Numbered from the whole stretch's first letter, positions 37,822 to 50,238 are shown. The stretch is 61,253 bases of DNA, filler included, from Piptocephalis cylindrospora (GCA_003614145.1; 10 parts of 10 records of this genome joined end to end with filler, not necessarily neighbours in it), one strand, 5' to 3'. Program-made: numbers and translations. Notes: generated from the sequence alone by a model not told the origin.

Positions 37822-38875
37822 CTAAAAGGTCTGTGCGACCGGGGCTGGGAGTGATGGGCCATTGGAAGCATCCCCCCACCCTCCTTCATTCTGGGGAGGG
37901 GGGGTTGGAGGAGGAGGGGGAGGGGGGNNNNNNNNNNGTTGGAGGAGGAGCTGAAGAAGGATCTGGGGGAGGGATAGCTGGAGTACCAAAGAGGAATTCT
38001 TGACTGGGCCTGGAGGGACCACATGGATTGGAGACGAGGGGGGATTCACCTCGAAAAGGCCCACTCGCCGTATCGAGACACATACCAGCCATACCTTCGT
38101 TCCGTAGCGTGTATCGGCCCGTTCGGCCCACAGGGACAGCCCTCCAAGTGCTCGACTGCACTGGAGACGACTCTCCAGCCTGAGGGCTCGCGTCACGACC
38201 CGGGACCTGTAGGCTCACCGGGGTGCTAGGACCAGCTCCCATCGTGAGGACCAGACCATTCCATGGTCCATTCATTCCAGATCCCTCTAGCTGGTACCCA
38301 AAACCGCCAGCGACAGGAACCGGGCGGAGGAGAAATGGGACGACGGATGGATCGGTGCAGTCGGTAAGATGGAGGTAGAACCTTTTCTGCTTGTTGTGCA
38401 CCGCCCCTCGACTGAGGGACCCCACACACTGATTCATGGCGCCGGAGATCAGGGTTCTTGGGAGATCCACACCCCCTGGTCTAGCGGGGGCTGATGTGCT
38501 CTGGGCAGAGTTGCTATGAGCTGGTAGGGCTGCAGCGTTACCTCCTCCGAATGAGGATGGGGCGGCGTTATTGATGCCTTCGGGTGGGGGAGGCGGGGCC
38601 ATATCCTGAACAGAAGAATCTATCGAGGTTGACTCGGGGACTGAGAAGGAAAAGGTGGAGAAGATCGGGGCGGGACGCTCTTCAGGGGAGAGATCTGAGG
38701 CGGTGGGAGAATTGGTAGGATCAGACGACCAGTCGGCTGGGATCGCTTCGAGAGGCCTGACCAGCAGGAAAAGGAGGAGAATGGGCAAAAGGAGGGGCAG
38801 GAGGGCGAGTTGCGGACGAAAAGGTGACGGCAGACATGGGGGAAAAGTGCTTTTCCCCCCTGGTGAGCTCGGCAT
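37822..38875 (-). CDS. Secreted or membrane-anchored ricin-B (beta-trefoil) lectin-domain protein; C-terminus crosses a 10-N gap
   Basis: Hydrophobic LALLPLLLPILLLFLLVRPLEA; S/P-rich linker; trefoil-like NQCV...LTDC, STWRAVP..GRYTLRN...GMCLD...NPC...SQEF. The frame after the N gap (37928-37937) is inferred. Confidence 0.65.
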
Positions 38876-39547
38876 CAGAAGGCTTTCACGATGGAAGGAA
38901 GAGGGAGGAGAGGCGGAAGGAACGGGGAAGAGAGTGAGAGGGAGTGAGTGAGAGGGAAGGGGAGAGAAGAGAGAATGAAAGACGTGGAGGAGATAATGGG
39001 GAAAGAGGCGAACGGAGTGGGAAGGAAGAGAGATGAAGACTTTTTCCTTCAGATCCAACAAGCCACTTGTAAGGACTAACTCCTATAATTTAACCATCCC
39101 CATCATCTGGTCTTCACAAGTGTCTAAAGTGGACGTTCATTCAAGGGTTTTCTGTGTATGCCAAGGGAAGATTGACACTCCGACAGGGCGCTCTGATGAA
39201 TAGGGTAAATAGCCACTCCGATAAGGAGGTCAAGTGAGAATGGGTACACCAAGAATGTGGGGTGCCTCCTCCACTATGGCAGCAAAATCATCGCTCGAAT
39301 CTGACCTGATAAATTTTCAAATCCCGATCCCATCCTTTTCTAATGCCGACTCCACTACCTCGGCGTTTGGACGCCTGTGGTCCTGTGATCGCATTCACAA
39401 GGCGGGATATCCCCATGCTAGCCCTTGCCTCCGATAAGTCTGGACCCTGATCATCCGTTTCTATGACATATTCTCAGCCACCCAACAAGCAAAAAAAAGA
39501 AGGTTGATAATACATTCCGCTCTCTTCTACTATTCTACCCTCATTCC

Positions 39548-41170
39548 CTACGAAGAAGCCAGTGTCCGTTCACCTGCATAAACCCCCCGAACCACGACGA
39601 GGAAGGCCATACACCATCCAACTAGGGTAATGGACCCAAGGGTGTACTGGGTAAGAAGAACACGACCCATGGGTCGTTCAAAGCATCCATTGGCCTGACA
39701 CACGGTCATGAGATTGATGGCCGTGGGGGCACTCCCAAGAAGGAGGATGGTGAGGAGAAACACCGGGTCCTTCCCTAGGGCCCCAGCTAGCGGTAGGGTC
39801 AGCATGACGCTTAGGAGGCAAAGACAGGGAAGGAGGATGAGTCGGCCTACGGAGGCAAAAGTCACAGTGGACGCGTACGAGGGATATGCGTAGGGAGAGG
39901 GAGGGTTGAGGGCCAATCTCTCCGAATCCTCCTCTCCATGGTGTCCCTGGGAGGGAGAAGGGGGGGATCGGGAAAGAGTGGTTAGTTGTGCCCCGAGGCA
40001 TACGACAATCAGCGGAACCGATGCCTTTCCGCACCCATCCACGGCCTTGAACAGCGTGGTGTAGAGAGGGGCTCCCTGAGGGATAAGGAGATCCCTTATA
40101 GCCGGAGTGAGGGCGACAAACATTCCAAGGAGAGCTCCGACGGTGGGAGGGTTGCTAAAGGGCTTGAACATGGATCCGAGGACACGAATGGGCCGAAGCA
40201 CGCCTTGACGAGCCGAGAGAGGGATGTGCCGATTCAAAAAGGCCCCAACACGACTAGGCTCCCCGGGAGCACATGGAGAGGACGAGGTGAGATGAGGAGG
40301 GTAGGATGAATTGGATGACCGAGTGATCAGCCCAGACGTTTCCTCGGTACCCTCGCCATCTAGGGAAGAGTCATCAGAGAGATCATCCACGTCCATGATC
40401 TGAGGCGAGGCGGTCAGGTGGATCACCTCTCCCCTCTCCCTACCTCCGGCCATCTCTTCCTGCCGTCGGGGGGCGGGCCTACCCCTAGTCATTAGAATGG
40501 GGTGATGGTTCGCTGAGACCGGTGAAGAGGGTGATGGTGTATGAGGGCGCTGTGCTCCTCCCTCCTCTTCCGCCCCTCGCTGGGGGGTGTGTCTATCCGA
40601 GTAAGACCCAGAAATCTGAGCATCTTCATCCTTGGAGAGAAGGGTGGTTCCGTAACTCCATCGGATCAGATTGCCGAGGATCGAGTAAAAGACGATGAAA
40701 GAGACACCACGCGCCGCAATGTCCTCCGAATCCTCCAATTCATCCTCGCTCTTCCCCGGGGACTGAAGCCATGGGAGGGCCGAGCTGTACGACAAGCTCT
40801 CCACCAGAGCAATGGGAAGGGTATTGGTGTTGGAGAAGGTGAGGGTTGCGCGCATAAAGTTGCTTTGAGACGGTGTGAGATGGAGGAAGCGTGCACTAAT
40901 GGACGCCAAGGACATGGAGAGGAAGGTGAAGAGGAGAAGATAGCATGGAATAGGCCAGAGATCCATCACAGTATCCTGCCGAATGGACCGAACCGTATTG
41001 GAGAAGAGAAGGCACGGGGTAAAGAGACAGATGGTCAATTGGGATAGGCCTCGTTGCAAGGGCGGCGTAAGGATGTTCCTCTTGGCCAGGATATGGCCAA
41101 AGAGCCCCGTACACACCACTTGCGAGATGGACTGGACGGCCGTAATGGCTATAGTGGCAAAGGCGTTCAT
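39548..41170 (-). CDS. Auxin efflux carrier (AEC / PIN-LIKES) family membrane transporter, intronless
   Basis: LFTPCLLFS, FSNTNTLPIALV, RGVSF...LGNLIRWSYG, central hydrophilic loop, NPPTVGALLG, GKASVPLIVVCLGAQL, DPVF...SAPTAINL. Confidence 0.88.
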   Translation of the reverse strand: MNAFATIAITAVQSISQVVCTGLFGHILAKRNILTPPLQRGLSQLTICLFTPCLLFSNTVRSIRQDTVMDLWPIPCYLLLFTFLSMSLASISARFLHLTPSQSNFMRATLTFSNTNTLPIALVESLSYSSALPWLQSPGKSEDELEDSEDIAARGVSFIVFYSILGNLIRWSYGTTLLSKDEDAQISGSYSDRHTPQRGAEEEGGAQRPHTPSPSSPVSANHHPILMTRGRPAPRRQEEMAGGRERGEVIHLTASPQIMDVDDLSDDSSLDGEGTEETSGLITRSSNSSYPPHLTSSSPCAPGEPSRVGAFLNRHIPLSARQGVLRPIRVLGSMFKPFSNPPTVGALLGMFVALTPAIRDLLIPQGAPLYTTLFKAVDGCGKASVPLIVVCLGAQLTTLSRSPPSPSQGHHGEEDSERLALNPPSPYAYPSYASTVTFASVGRLILLPCLCLLSVMLTLPLAGALGKDPVFLLTILLLGSAPTAINLMTVCQANGCFERPMGRVLLTQYTLGSITLVGWCMAFLVVVRGVYAGERTLASS

Positions 41171-41966
41171 GGGCTATGGTGTGAACTTGTAAAGGAAAGG
41201 ACGGGATGGGACAAGACGGGGGGTGAGGGTTGTGGGGATAGGGGGGATAGTAGAGAAGGAAGGATGAGGACTCAACATCCTCACTCACACGACTTAACCA
41301 ACCATGGTTTGATGATTTAAGATGGATGGGCGAGAACCTCGGGTCTCAGATGGGTCCGATAGGGAAAGCCAGCTGTGCTTTTTCCCTTCCTCCCCTGGGG
41401 TCTCTTCCTGACAGGTGTAGAGGCGAGATGAGGCAATGTGGCACACCTTCATACGTTTCACTCCCTGTGCCACACACCCGACTCAGAAGGGGGGTGGGAG
41501 AAGAGGGATTGGGGTGTGTGTGTGTATGTGTGTACTGTGCGAGAAAGGGAGGTGGATATTTATCTTTATTGATAATGACGAAAGTGCGTTGATCAGGTAG
41601 GATTTGACATCCTTGATAAGATAATGCTCCCCCCCCCACTCGTCTTAGTACGAGTAGCAAGGCGAGGTCTGGAAGAGGCTCATCTTGCCAAGTGCTGTTT
41701 GGTACTGTGGTAAAGATACAGTCTCCTCGGGACAGCATTGGATAATTCTGTATCTTCTTGCATATTCAAGACGACAACTAAGCGGCACGAGTCTCCGCTC
41801 ACTCTACAACAGCAACAGCAACAGCAACAACTCACATTCAAACCCCGTCTCTCCCTTGAAACTGTATCATGAAAAATCGAAAGATCATAACGATAAAAGA
41901 ATCAGAGAGGCATCGTAATCATCAAAAAATATATAGAGACAGTTGCGTAGACGACCCTCATCTTCC

Positions 41967-42926
41967 TCAAGAACCATTCACGCCAATGGCTACTTCAAGA
42001 AGAACCGTGGCTAGCTCCTTCCACCCACCACCCACACGGACACTGACGACATCCCGACTTCTACCGGCGTCCACCTTGCAAAACCAGACCCGTCCCCCAA
42101 AGGAATATCTCCCCTTCCCAACCCTCTTGACATCTACATCTAGGGGGGCGGAATTGACCACCGCAGCCACCCGGACATCTAGGGGATCGGTCTTGTCGAC
42201 CCGGTACCTTGGAGGCTGGGCCCCGCCTCCCTGTCCGGATGAGGTCGAGGAGGATGAGGTGGTAGAGGAGGTGGTGGAGGATTTCCGCAGGGGGGGGCCT
42301 CCGGCCCGCAGACCCGAGGGGGTGGGGGAGGCCACCCTTCGGACCCGGTCGGATGATCCGCCCATGGCGCTATTGGGCCGAGCGGGCATACCAGGGGAAA
42401 GGTGGTATGCATGAGGCTGAGCGTGGTTCTGGGAGGAGTAGGCATTGTAGCCTTGACCACCACCTAGGGCCGACGGACCCGACGGACCCCGACGAACGGA
42501 CATACTTGAGGAAGGCCGAAGACCCAAGCTGGACCTTGGTCTGGAATCCTGGTTATACCCACCATGGGGACCAAGGGTCAGAGAGCCAGAAGGGTTCAGG
42601 CCCGGCCCGCCCCGTCTCTCCTCTGGCTCCTCCACGGCCCCATTCCATCTCCGAACACCCAAGGATGAGACTGACCGGTTTTGCTGCCTCTGGGCCATGG
42701 CAGATCCAGGGCGGGCGACCAGTCTCGGCCTGGGTCTGATAATCCCCCCCTCTTCCCCCGCATTCCCTTCTACTCTAGCCTGATTTCTGTACCCGGACGG
42801 ACTAGGAGACCTAGCGCCGTATCGATGCCTTTCTGGATCAAGGGCGTTAGGGGATCCCGACCGACGAATGGCCGGGGCGCCCCCCTGGCCAGCGCTCAAA
42901 TACCCATTCGATCCTACATGGCTAAT
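41967..42926 (-). CDS. GAS2/GAR-domain (microtubule-binding) protein, last exon only
   Basis: DPLDVRVAAVVN...VKRVGKGRYSFGGR...VVSVRVGGGWKEL is the GAR domain signature; a CTAAT branch site and TAG acceptor lie at the contig edge. Confidence 0.8.
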   Translation of the reverse strand: MSHVGSNGYLSAGQGGAPAIRRSGSPNALDPERHRYGARSPSPSGYRNQARVEGNAGEEGGIIRPRPRLVARPGSAMAQRQQNRSVSSLGVRRWNGAVEEPEERRGGPGLNPSGSLTLGPHGGYNQDSRPRSSLGLRPSSSMSVRRGPSGPSALGGGQGYNAYSSQNHAQPHAYHLSPGMPARPNSAMGGSSDRVRRVASPTPSGLRAGGPPLRKSSTTSSTTSSSSTSSGQGGGAQPPRYRVDKTDPLDVRVAAVVNSAPLDVDVKRVGKGRYSFGGRVWFCKVDAGRSRDVVSVRVGGGWKELATVLLEVAIGVNGS

Positions 42927-42952
42927 CTAGCCCCCAGGAGACCTGGGATTAG

Positions 42953-43052
42953 NNNNNNNNNNNNNNNNNNNNNNNNNNNNNNNNNNNNNNNNNNNNTTAA
43001 TTAATTAANNNNNNNNNNNNNNNNNNNNNNNNNNNNNNNNNNNNNNNNNNNN
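42953..43052. other. Artificial contig spacer
   Basis: N44-TTAATTAATTAA-N44. Confidence 0.99.
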
Positions 43053-43592
43053 CATATTCTTCTTGTTCTGATCCTTGAGGGCATCATCGGCTTGTTCCAT
43101 TTTACTTGGAAGAATAGGCTGGTCTGGGAGGTGGATGGATGGAGTCTCTTCTATCTCTTCTTTACCCTCCTTTTCGTCCTTGACTGACTCCACTATAGCC
43201 TCATTCTCGGTTTTCTTTACTGCAGACTCCTCCGTCTCAGTCTTATTTTCCGGCTCACTAGTGCTTACATCATCATCTTCCTCTTCCTCCTCCTCCTCCT
43301 CCAAGGTTTCCTCTTCCAAGGTCTCCTCTTCCTTCAATTCGTTATCCAACATTTCTTCCTCCTTCAGTACCTCTTTTAAAAGCTCCTCCTCCTCCTCTTC
43401 CTCTTCCACCTCCATATCATGACTGCTAGCTACAGATGTGGTCTCGGGAGAATCATCGGCTTCGGGTGAGGAGTCGTGGTCCTTGTCGAGCTGGCTAGGC
43501 TCTTTGGCAATATCCTGCTTGCCCTCCCCTTGGACCTTCTCTTCGGGTAGGATGGAGGTGTCCTGGGGCGTGTCTTCCGTGGCGAGTGGCAT
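43053..43592 (-). CDS. Highly acidic N-terminal fragment of an unknown protein (runs off contig)
   Basis: ATG at 43592 (MPLATEDTPQ...); Glu-rich ORF open to the contig edge. Confidence 0.55.
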
Positions 43593-43675
43593 GGAGAGGA
43601 TGAGGTTGTGGGCGGGGAGATAATGTGAAGTAGGATGGGATCGTTGGGTTGGGCTGGTTGGTTGGGTTGGAGGGA

Positions 43676-43761
43676 GAGGAGAGATGGTTGGATGGGGAGG
43701 AGAGATGGTTGAATGGGGAGGAGAGATGGTTGAATGGGGAAAGAAAATGGTTGAATGGGGA
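43676..43761 (+). repeat. 21-bp minisatellite, about 4 copies (GAGGAGAGATGGTTGAATGGG)
   Basis: Tandem units read directly, with 1-3 mismatches each. Confidence 0.85.
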
Positions 43762-45474
43762 TAATTGAGGAAATGGGGAGGTAAAAGCGCGTTGCAGAAC
43801 GGACCGGCCACTCGTCACCCTCCAACGCGCCCTTTATACCCCTGGCTCATCTCGCCATCTCCTTTGGTCCGCTCCTTTATCCTCTGATCCACCATTCCAT
43901 TCGCATCATGAGTGTGAGTGTGAGTGTGAGGGCGCTGTGTTGGCGCTATTTTCGTTGGCCAGTCAGTTTTGGGGCCTTTCACTGGCGCACCCAAGCCAAA
44001 TTTCCCCTGCTTTTTTCCTTTGATTTAGCTTGCTTGCGGTCTTTTCATCCAGCCTTGGTCTTAAACAGCAAGATGAGCAGACAGACCACTCGCACACAGA
44101 GGTGCGCCAGCGAACAGAGACATTCTCTGACACACAACGACCATCTTCTCAGCACGAGCAGAGAAAACTCCGATGCACTTAGCCATTAAGCAGACGGCGG
44201 AGATGAACTGTACGGCGGAGCTCGGCTGATTGCCCTTCCTATTCTGGTGTGAACGACTATCCCGACAAAAAGGTGCATAATTTCATGAAAAAGTCCAGTT
44301 TATATGAAGGGGACAAGGACAACAAGCCCATCGAACTACCTCAAGGTGTCTCTGTATACGGCTTGTGTATGTCCTCTGATCTCATGTCTTTGAGTTACTC
44401 GTTTACTTTCCTTCATCCATGCCGCTGGATTTTTCGTTATTGGGCCCATAGAAGGATTGCTGCCTTTCCTCTCTTCTTCCTCATAATAAGAATCTGCTGA
44501 CCAGTTCCCTCGTGCTGTCTTGTCCCTGTTCCTCCTCTCACACGTTCCCCTGGAGAGAGATAATGTGTGTGTGGGTGTGTGTGCCAGGGTGTCATGATCC
44601 ATTGCACTGTGTGGCAGCAACCCATCTGTCTGCTCCCTCCATCAGATCATAATACTTTCCAGCTCGGCCCTTCCCCTTCAATGGCCTCTTGAGTGCCTCC
44701 CTACTCCATGTGCCGCGTTGAATGGGAGAGGGGGCCAGGGCTGGAAAAGGGTCCGTTTTTGCCAGTGACCTCGCCTTCTCCTTCTCTCGCTCTCTTCCCT
44801 ACCCATCACCCTGTTCTCCTTCTCGCAATCACACTCAACCCATCGTACTCACACTCCCTAGCCGTGCTGACTCTCTCTACCTGCCTTCTACTGACGACCT
44901 GTAAGTGCTCTTCAATTTGCTCTCCATATCTCTTCCGGTGATGCCCTTCGTGGTATGGGATTTGAAGGGCTTGTATAGGGTCCAGTGCCTTATTACTGCA
45001 CCTGCTATAATGTGCAAGAGTGCGTGTACATGCTATGCCAATGTTTAGGGCGTTTTCTACACAATCTTATGGTGGTGTACTTTTGGTCATCATCGTCGTC
45101 AACATTGTCGTCCTGGCTCGACCCTGATGGTCCCTTTGTTAGTCATCCGCCCCATGCTCCTGTCTTTCTCTCTCCGTTCCTGTCGAGGAGATAAGCAGTG
45201 CACACACGCGTGCGCAACTATGGGAGAGACAACCTATACGTTTCGGGTGCGGGTGTGTCAAATCGTGTGCAGTATAAATATGTGTGGGGTAGGCCTGGTC
45301 TGTGGGAAAGTGCCTCCCTCTTTCCCTCTCCTCTCTGACGTGTCCTTTCCTTCCTCGCCCTACCCCATCCCGTCTCTCGTCTCCCTCCTTCCTATTCTGC
45401 CATCCTCACCCATTCCTCCCCTATTTGCTGTCTAGTTCAAATCAAACTCCTTCAACTCCAATTCAATCTTCAGC

Positions 45475-46426
45475 ATGCCAAAGATCCTACTGTCCTCCGA
45501 CGGGGATTCTCCCCGTAAGACCACCGCTACCAGGACTTACCCTGGCCTTGGTCGCCCTCGTAGGGCCTCCTCGATTAAGCCTTCCTCCTCTCCCTCGCTC
45601 CCTACCCCTCCGAGCACCTATTTGCTCCCAATCCTCTTTGCCGTTCTCCCTCCCCTGGGATCCCTGTTTATTGGATCGGCCGACTCGTGGTCCGATGCCC
45701 TAACTCTGTGCCTCGTTGGCTTTTACCTCTACCATCTGATCCGGATCCCCTGGGAAATGTACGCTGCTGCCCGGGCCAGGGTGGGTCGTCATCCTGACCC
45801 CACTTCCTCGAACCTCAAGCCCTCCCAGCGCCTGGCCATTCAAGGTCTTCGCTTCCAGGAGCGTGCAGCCCTCGCCCTTGTCCTCGTGGCCCCGGCCCTA
45901 GGTGGACTGGCCCTCTGGTGCTTGCAGCGTAGTCTCGTCTCCTCTGGGGCCCGGTATCTCACCCCGGGCAACATCCTCCTCTATGTCCTGGCTGCTTCCA
46001 TTCGTCCTCTCTCCCACATCCATGATCTCCTTAACCATCGTTCCGTCCGTCTCCACGCTGAAGCCATGTACGCCGATGATGACATTGCTCGTCTTCTCGG
46101 TCAGGTTCAACGTCTCGAGGCTGAGCTCAAGGACATCCGCATGGCTGCGGTTTGGAGATCGGACATGGAGGAGGCACGGGATGAGCTGGATAGCTCGGTG
46201 GAGAGTGTGGCCCGGGCCGTCCGGGGCATGAACCGTCGAGAAGAGACGTCCCGTAAGGGCGTCCACGCTCGTCTCGATTGCCTCGAACTCAAGAACCGCG
46301 AGCTTGAGGAGTGCATGGAACTTCAACGACTCGAGGCCGCCAGGCAAAATGTCCTGGTCCGTTGCGTCACCCAACCTGGATCCGTCTTCAAAGACATGAT
46401 TGGCGTGGGCGGTGCCCGCCCCCCTT
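45475..46426 (+). CDS. Conserved fungal-type membrane protein (about 4 TM plus coiled coil); true C-terminus probably lies inverted at 48999-48947
   Basis: LLPILFAVLPPLGSLFIGSADSWSDALTLCLVGFYLYHLIRIPWEMY, LRFQERAALAL and NILLYVLAASIRPL, then a heptad region. Confidence 0.75.
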
Positions 46427-46530
46427 TGAAGTATTACCCCCGTGGAAGGGTGCACATGTCAGGTCTATGCTCTTCATGTCATACTTAACTCAGACCACTC
46501 CCCCCCCGCTTCCTTTTCCTTCTCCTTTAG

Positions 46531-48628
46531 ACCACAGAGGAGGACTCATCAGCCGGTTCCACCAACTACACGGCTACTCCAATCGCTAAGCAGTCCACGG
46601 AGGATCGCCTTAGCTCGGGTACCCCCACAAGCATCCTGCGTGTTTCCTCCCCTGCCTTCCATCCACGTCAGATGGGCGCCCTCTCTGAGATCGCCAGATC
46701 CTCCTCAGTCGATAGCCCCTCCTCCCCTCCCTCTTCCTCCTCCCCTCCCCCCTCAGCCTCTTTCTCAGCCTCCACCTACTCTTCAGAGCCCACGACTGCT
46801 CAAGATGCCATGTCTTCCAGTCATCCTGGACCAGACCTGTCCACCCCCGCTCCAGGTAGGGACAGTGAGGACATACTGATGTGTGTTCATTTCTTACCAG
46901 ACATTCCTTACCCTCCTTCTTAGCTAATCCATATGCCCAGAATCGAATGAGCTCTGTGGCCCGACTTTACTCTCAAAGCACAGTAGGTGCCCCTATAATG
47001 AGTATTCTAGGGAGTGCATTTTATCCTCTCAACTCACAGATATTCTTACTCATAGCACGAACAGCAGGATTCTCTGGGATATGGTCAGTCCATAAGGATC
47101 TCGTCCCCGCTGCCGCCACCTCCGGTAGGGCATGTTTCTTTCCTATGTATCTCCCCCCTCCCTTCAAGCCCTCTCATCATCTATCCCTTATTCCATTAGC
47201 ATCATCTCTATACGACACCCATCCATTCGGAATTACCTCCAGCCCCGAATCATGTGGCCCCACATCAATGGGCTGTTCAGACATTTTTCCTTCCCGAGAA
47301 CATCCGTCAATCCATTACTAACCGATCCCGCGCTATGAGCGAAGCTCATAGTGACCCCACTCTTGAGGAGGGTGGTGGTGGAGTCAAGGGCATTCCAAGG
47401 GAAGTTGGGTCCTATCACACCATTCGTCCCATGCCTGCGGATCCCCATGAACGCCTCATCTCCCTGACCGGGGTCAAGGCCCATGTATACACTGGGATCT
47501 CCAGGTACGATGGCCTCCCATACTGTCTACGTCGATTAGAGTCCATCCCCGGGGTCTCTGCTAATCTTGGCCAGGTGGTGGAGGCGTGGCAAAGGGTAAG
47601 GCATGCCAATGTCCTGGCTCTCCATGAAGTGTTTACTACCCAGGCCTTTGGCGATACGTCCTTGGTCCTTGTCTATACCTACGAGCCCTTGTCCCACACC
47701 CTGCTCCAGGAACACTTTTCTCCAGAGACTGACCAGGGTCACCCTATCCCCGAGAGTACCCTGTGGACGTACATGACCCAGCTTCTTTCGGCCCTTAAGG
47801 CCATCCACTCAGCCGGTCTCGCTGCCCGTGTCTATGATGCCAGCAATATCCTCCTCTTGGATCCTCGGGATGGTCATAGGGTACGCGTGGCCTGCTGTGG
47901 GCTCCTGGACATGTTGCCCGGTGACCCGAGTAAAACGGTGCAGCATCTGCAACAGGAAGACATGCTCCACTTTGGCCAACTCCTCCTTTCCCTGGCCTGT
48001 CAATCCATGAATGCTGTCCATGCCCTTCCCCGGTCTTTGGAGCATCTGGCTTCCCAATACTCCCCAGATTGCAAGAACGTCATTCTTTATCTCCTCTCCA
48101 AGCCCAACCCTCTGAAGAATTTGGATGATGTCCTGGCCATGATGGGACCCCGTCTCCTTTACGAGCTAGATGCTGCTCAGTACGCTATGGCCGGTTTGGA
48201 AAATCATCTGTCCCGCGAACTGGAAAACTCCCGAATTCTTCGACTCCTTATCAAGCTGGGATCCATCAATGAACGGCCCGAATTTGATCAGGACCCCCGA
48301 TGGTCCGAGACCGGTGACCGATATCTCCTTAAGCTCCTACGGGATCATCTCTTTCATCAAGTTGATGAGCACGGACGACCCAATATGGACATGGGCCATG
48401 TCATTCGTTGTCTGAACAAGGTATGGGCTGTGTGTGGAGTAAAAAAAGGGAAAACTCCCCTCATCAATTGACACCCTTTTTCTTCCCCTATCACGACAGC
48501 TGGATGCAGGAGTGCCTGAACGAGTCGTGCTCCTCTCTAGAGATGAACGCTCTTGCCTAGTCGTTTCCTACAGAGAACTCAAGGGATGTGTGGAATCGGC
48601 CTACCAAGAACTGCTTCATGCCAGCTAG
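46531..48628 (+). CDS. PAN3: PAN2-PAN3 deadenylase subunit PAN3 (pseudokinase); 5' exon(s) missing
   Basis: PAM2-like LRVSSPAFHP, FFLPENIRQ, YCLRRL, HANV...EVFTTQAFGDTSLV, LSRELENSR..RLLIKLG.INERPEF..DPRWSETGDRYLLKL.RD..FHQVDE, and last exon (48500-48628) LDAG..E...L.SRDE.SCLVVSY.EL. Confidence 0.93.
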
Positions 48629-49054
48629 TCTCATCCTTCCCCTCCCCCTCTCCTCCTCCTCCCCCTTCCCCCCACTTTCCTAAAGCAAACAAAAAGCCCA
48701 CGAAATACAACCAATTCACACTTTGAAACCCGATGGGCCATATGTACACACAGAAAAGGAGATCGTGGGAAACAAATGGGCACATCCGATGATTTATTAA
48801 GCTGCCCTTTTTCCCAAGGAGTACAAGGGAAACAAGGAACTAGAAAAGATACATCAGGGAATCTCACGCTTCCCCCAAGTCTACAAGGTAAAAGGACCTG
48901 AGGGGGAGATTGATAGATCAAGTAAATAGTATCATGTGCTCCAATTTTACTCCTTGGTGTCCCCGGTCAGAAAGCCCCGATGGGAAGATCCAGAAGGGGA
49001 AGGGGGGCGGGCACCGCCCACGCCAATCATGTCTTTGAAGACGGATCCAGGTTG

Positions 49055-49154
49055 NNNNNNNNNNNNNNNNNNNNNNNNNNNNNNNNNNNNNNNNNNNNTT
49101 AATTAATTAANNNNNNNNNNNNNNNNNNNNNNNNNNNNNNNNNNNNNNNNNNNN
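49055..49154. other. Artificial contig spacer
   Basis: N44-TTAATTAATTAA-N44. Confidence 0.99.
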
Positions 49155-49576
49155 TGACGGATATTCGGGAGAGGTTGGAACAGGAGCGAGATGAGGCTCT
49201 TGGTCGGGCCATGGATGCGGAAAAATCGTGGGCCGGTGCTCAACGAGAACTCACGGCCTTACGTCGTCGGTCCATGGCCAAGCACGACGCCACCGCCTAC
49301 CTCCGGTCCCAGCTGGCTGCAGCAGACGAGACTGTTCGACTTCGGGAGCGAGAGGCTGAGGAAGCCGAGGTCCGGGTCCAAACTCTTCTTGCTCATCTGG
49401 AGGGTACATCCCCAGACTCTCACAAGGTCCGAGATCTGTCGGATCGATTATCTTATTTGACCGTGGAGAATCAACGACTCAAGCAAACCATTTCCCAGTC
49501 TGGTGATGGAACCGTACCTGAGGGGATGGAGCATATGGGAAGTAGTAGTTCGCATGATGGCCTCGATTATATGTGA
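49155..49576 (+). CDS. C-terminal coiled-coil fragment of an unknown protein
   Basis: Heptad-rich ORF from near the contig start to TGA at 49576. Confidence 0.6.
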
Positions 49577-50238
49577 GGGACTGGGGGAAGGGACGGATGG
49601 ATGAATGATTGGATTTAAAGGTGTTCCACCTCTCTACTTGTTGGAGGAGATGGGTATTACACGCGTAATGTGATAGAAGAAGAGGGAGAAAACGGGGACG
49701 AACGTCTTGAGGGGATGAAGCGTGTGGGAGGTTCCCGGGAGGGCATCAGACGTGTTTGTGTGTGTTGTTATTGTTTCGTTTGAATTACAGATCCGTATGC
49801 TACTAGGTCATAATGTAGAGTTGCATATGAAATGACAGAAAGTGAGGGAGAGATGATAGAGAGGAATAAGGATAACTTGTCCTATTATACTCCCACAAAA
49901 AGCTAATGAGAGCACGTTTATTTGGACGGAGAGCAAGGCACGACCGAAGTAGGGCAATTGTAGCAGATGGGGTAATGCAAGTCAGGTGTCACCTAAGCTT
50001 GTGCGAGCATGGCCTAGTGTTTTGGTATAAACTCCACTCCGATCAGGGAGAGTTACGTGCAAGTGGCTTCAATATGACACTGCTACACAGTGCACATTGG
50101 GAATGCGTGTCGCGCTGCATTCACTTGCCGTGTGACATAAATACCACAGCTGATGGGCGTCAATTGACGAGGCTTTCACCCTTCTACTCCCCTTGTCCTC
50201 CCAACCGGCTAACCAACCATATCACCCAAAAGATACAG

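Noticed and set aside
49661..49666. MCB-like ACGCGT upstream of the TopoVIB-like candidate
   Set aside because: A single hexamer is expected by chance and the transcription start is unknown.
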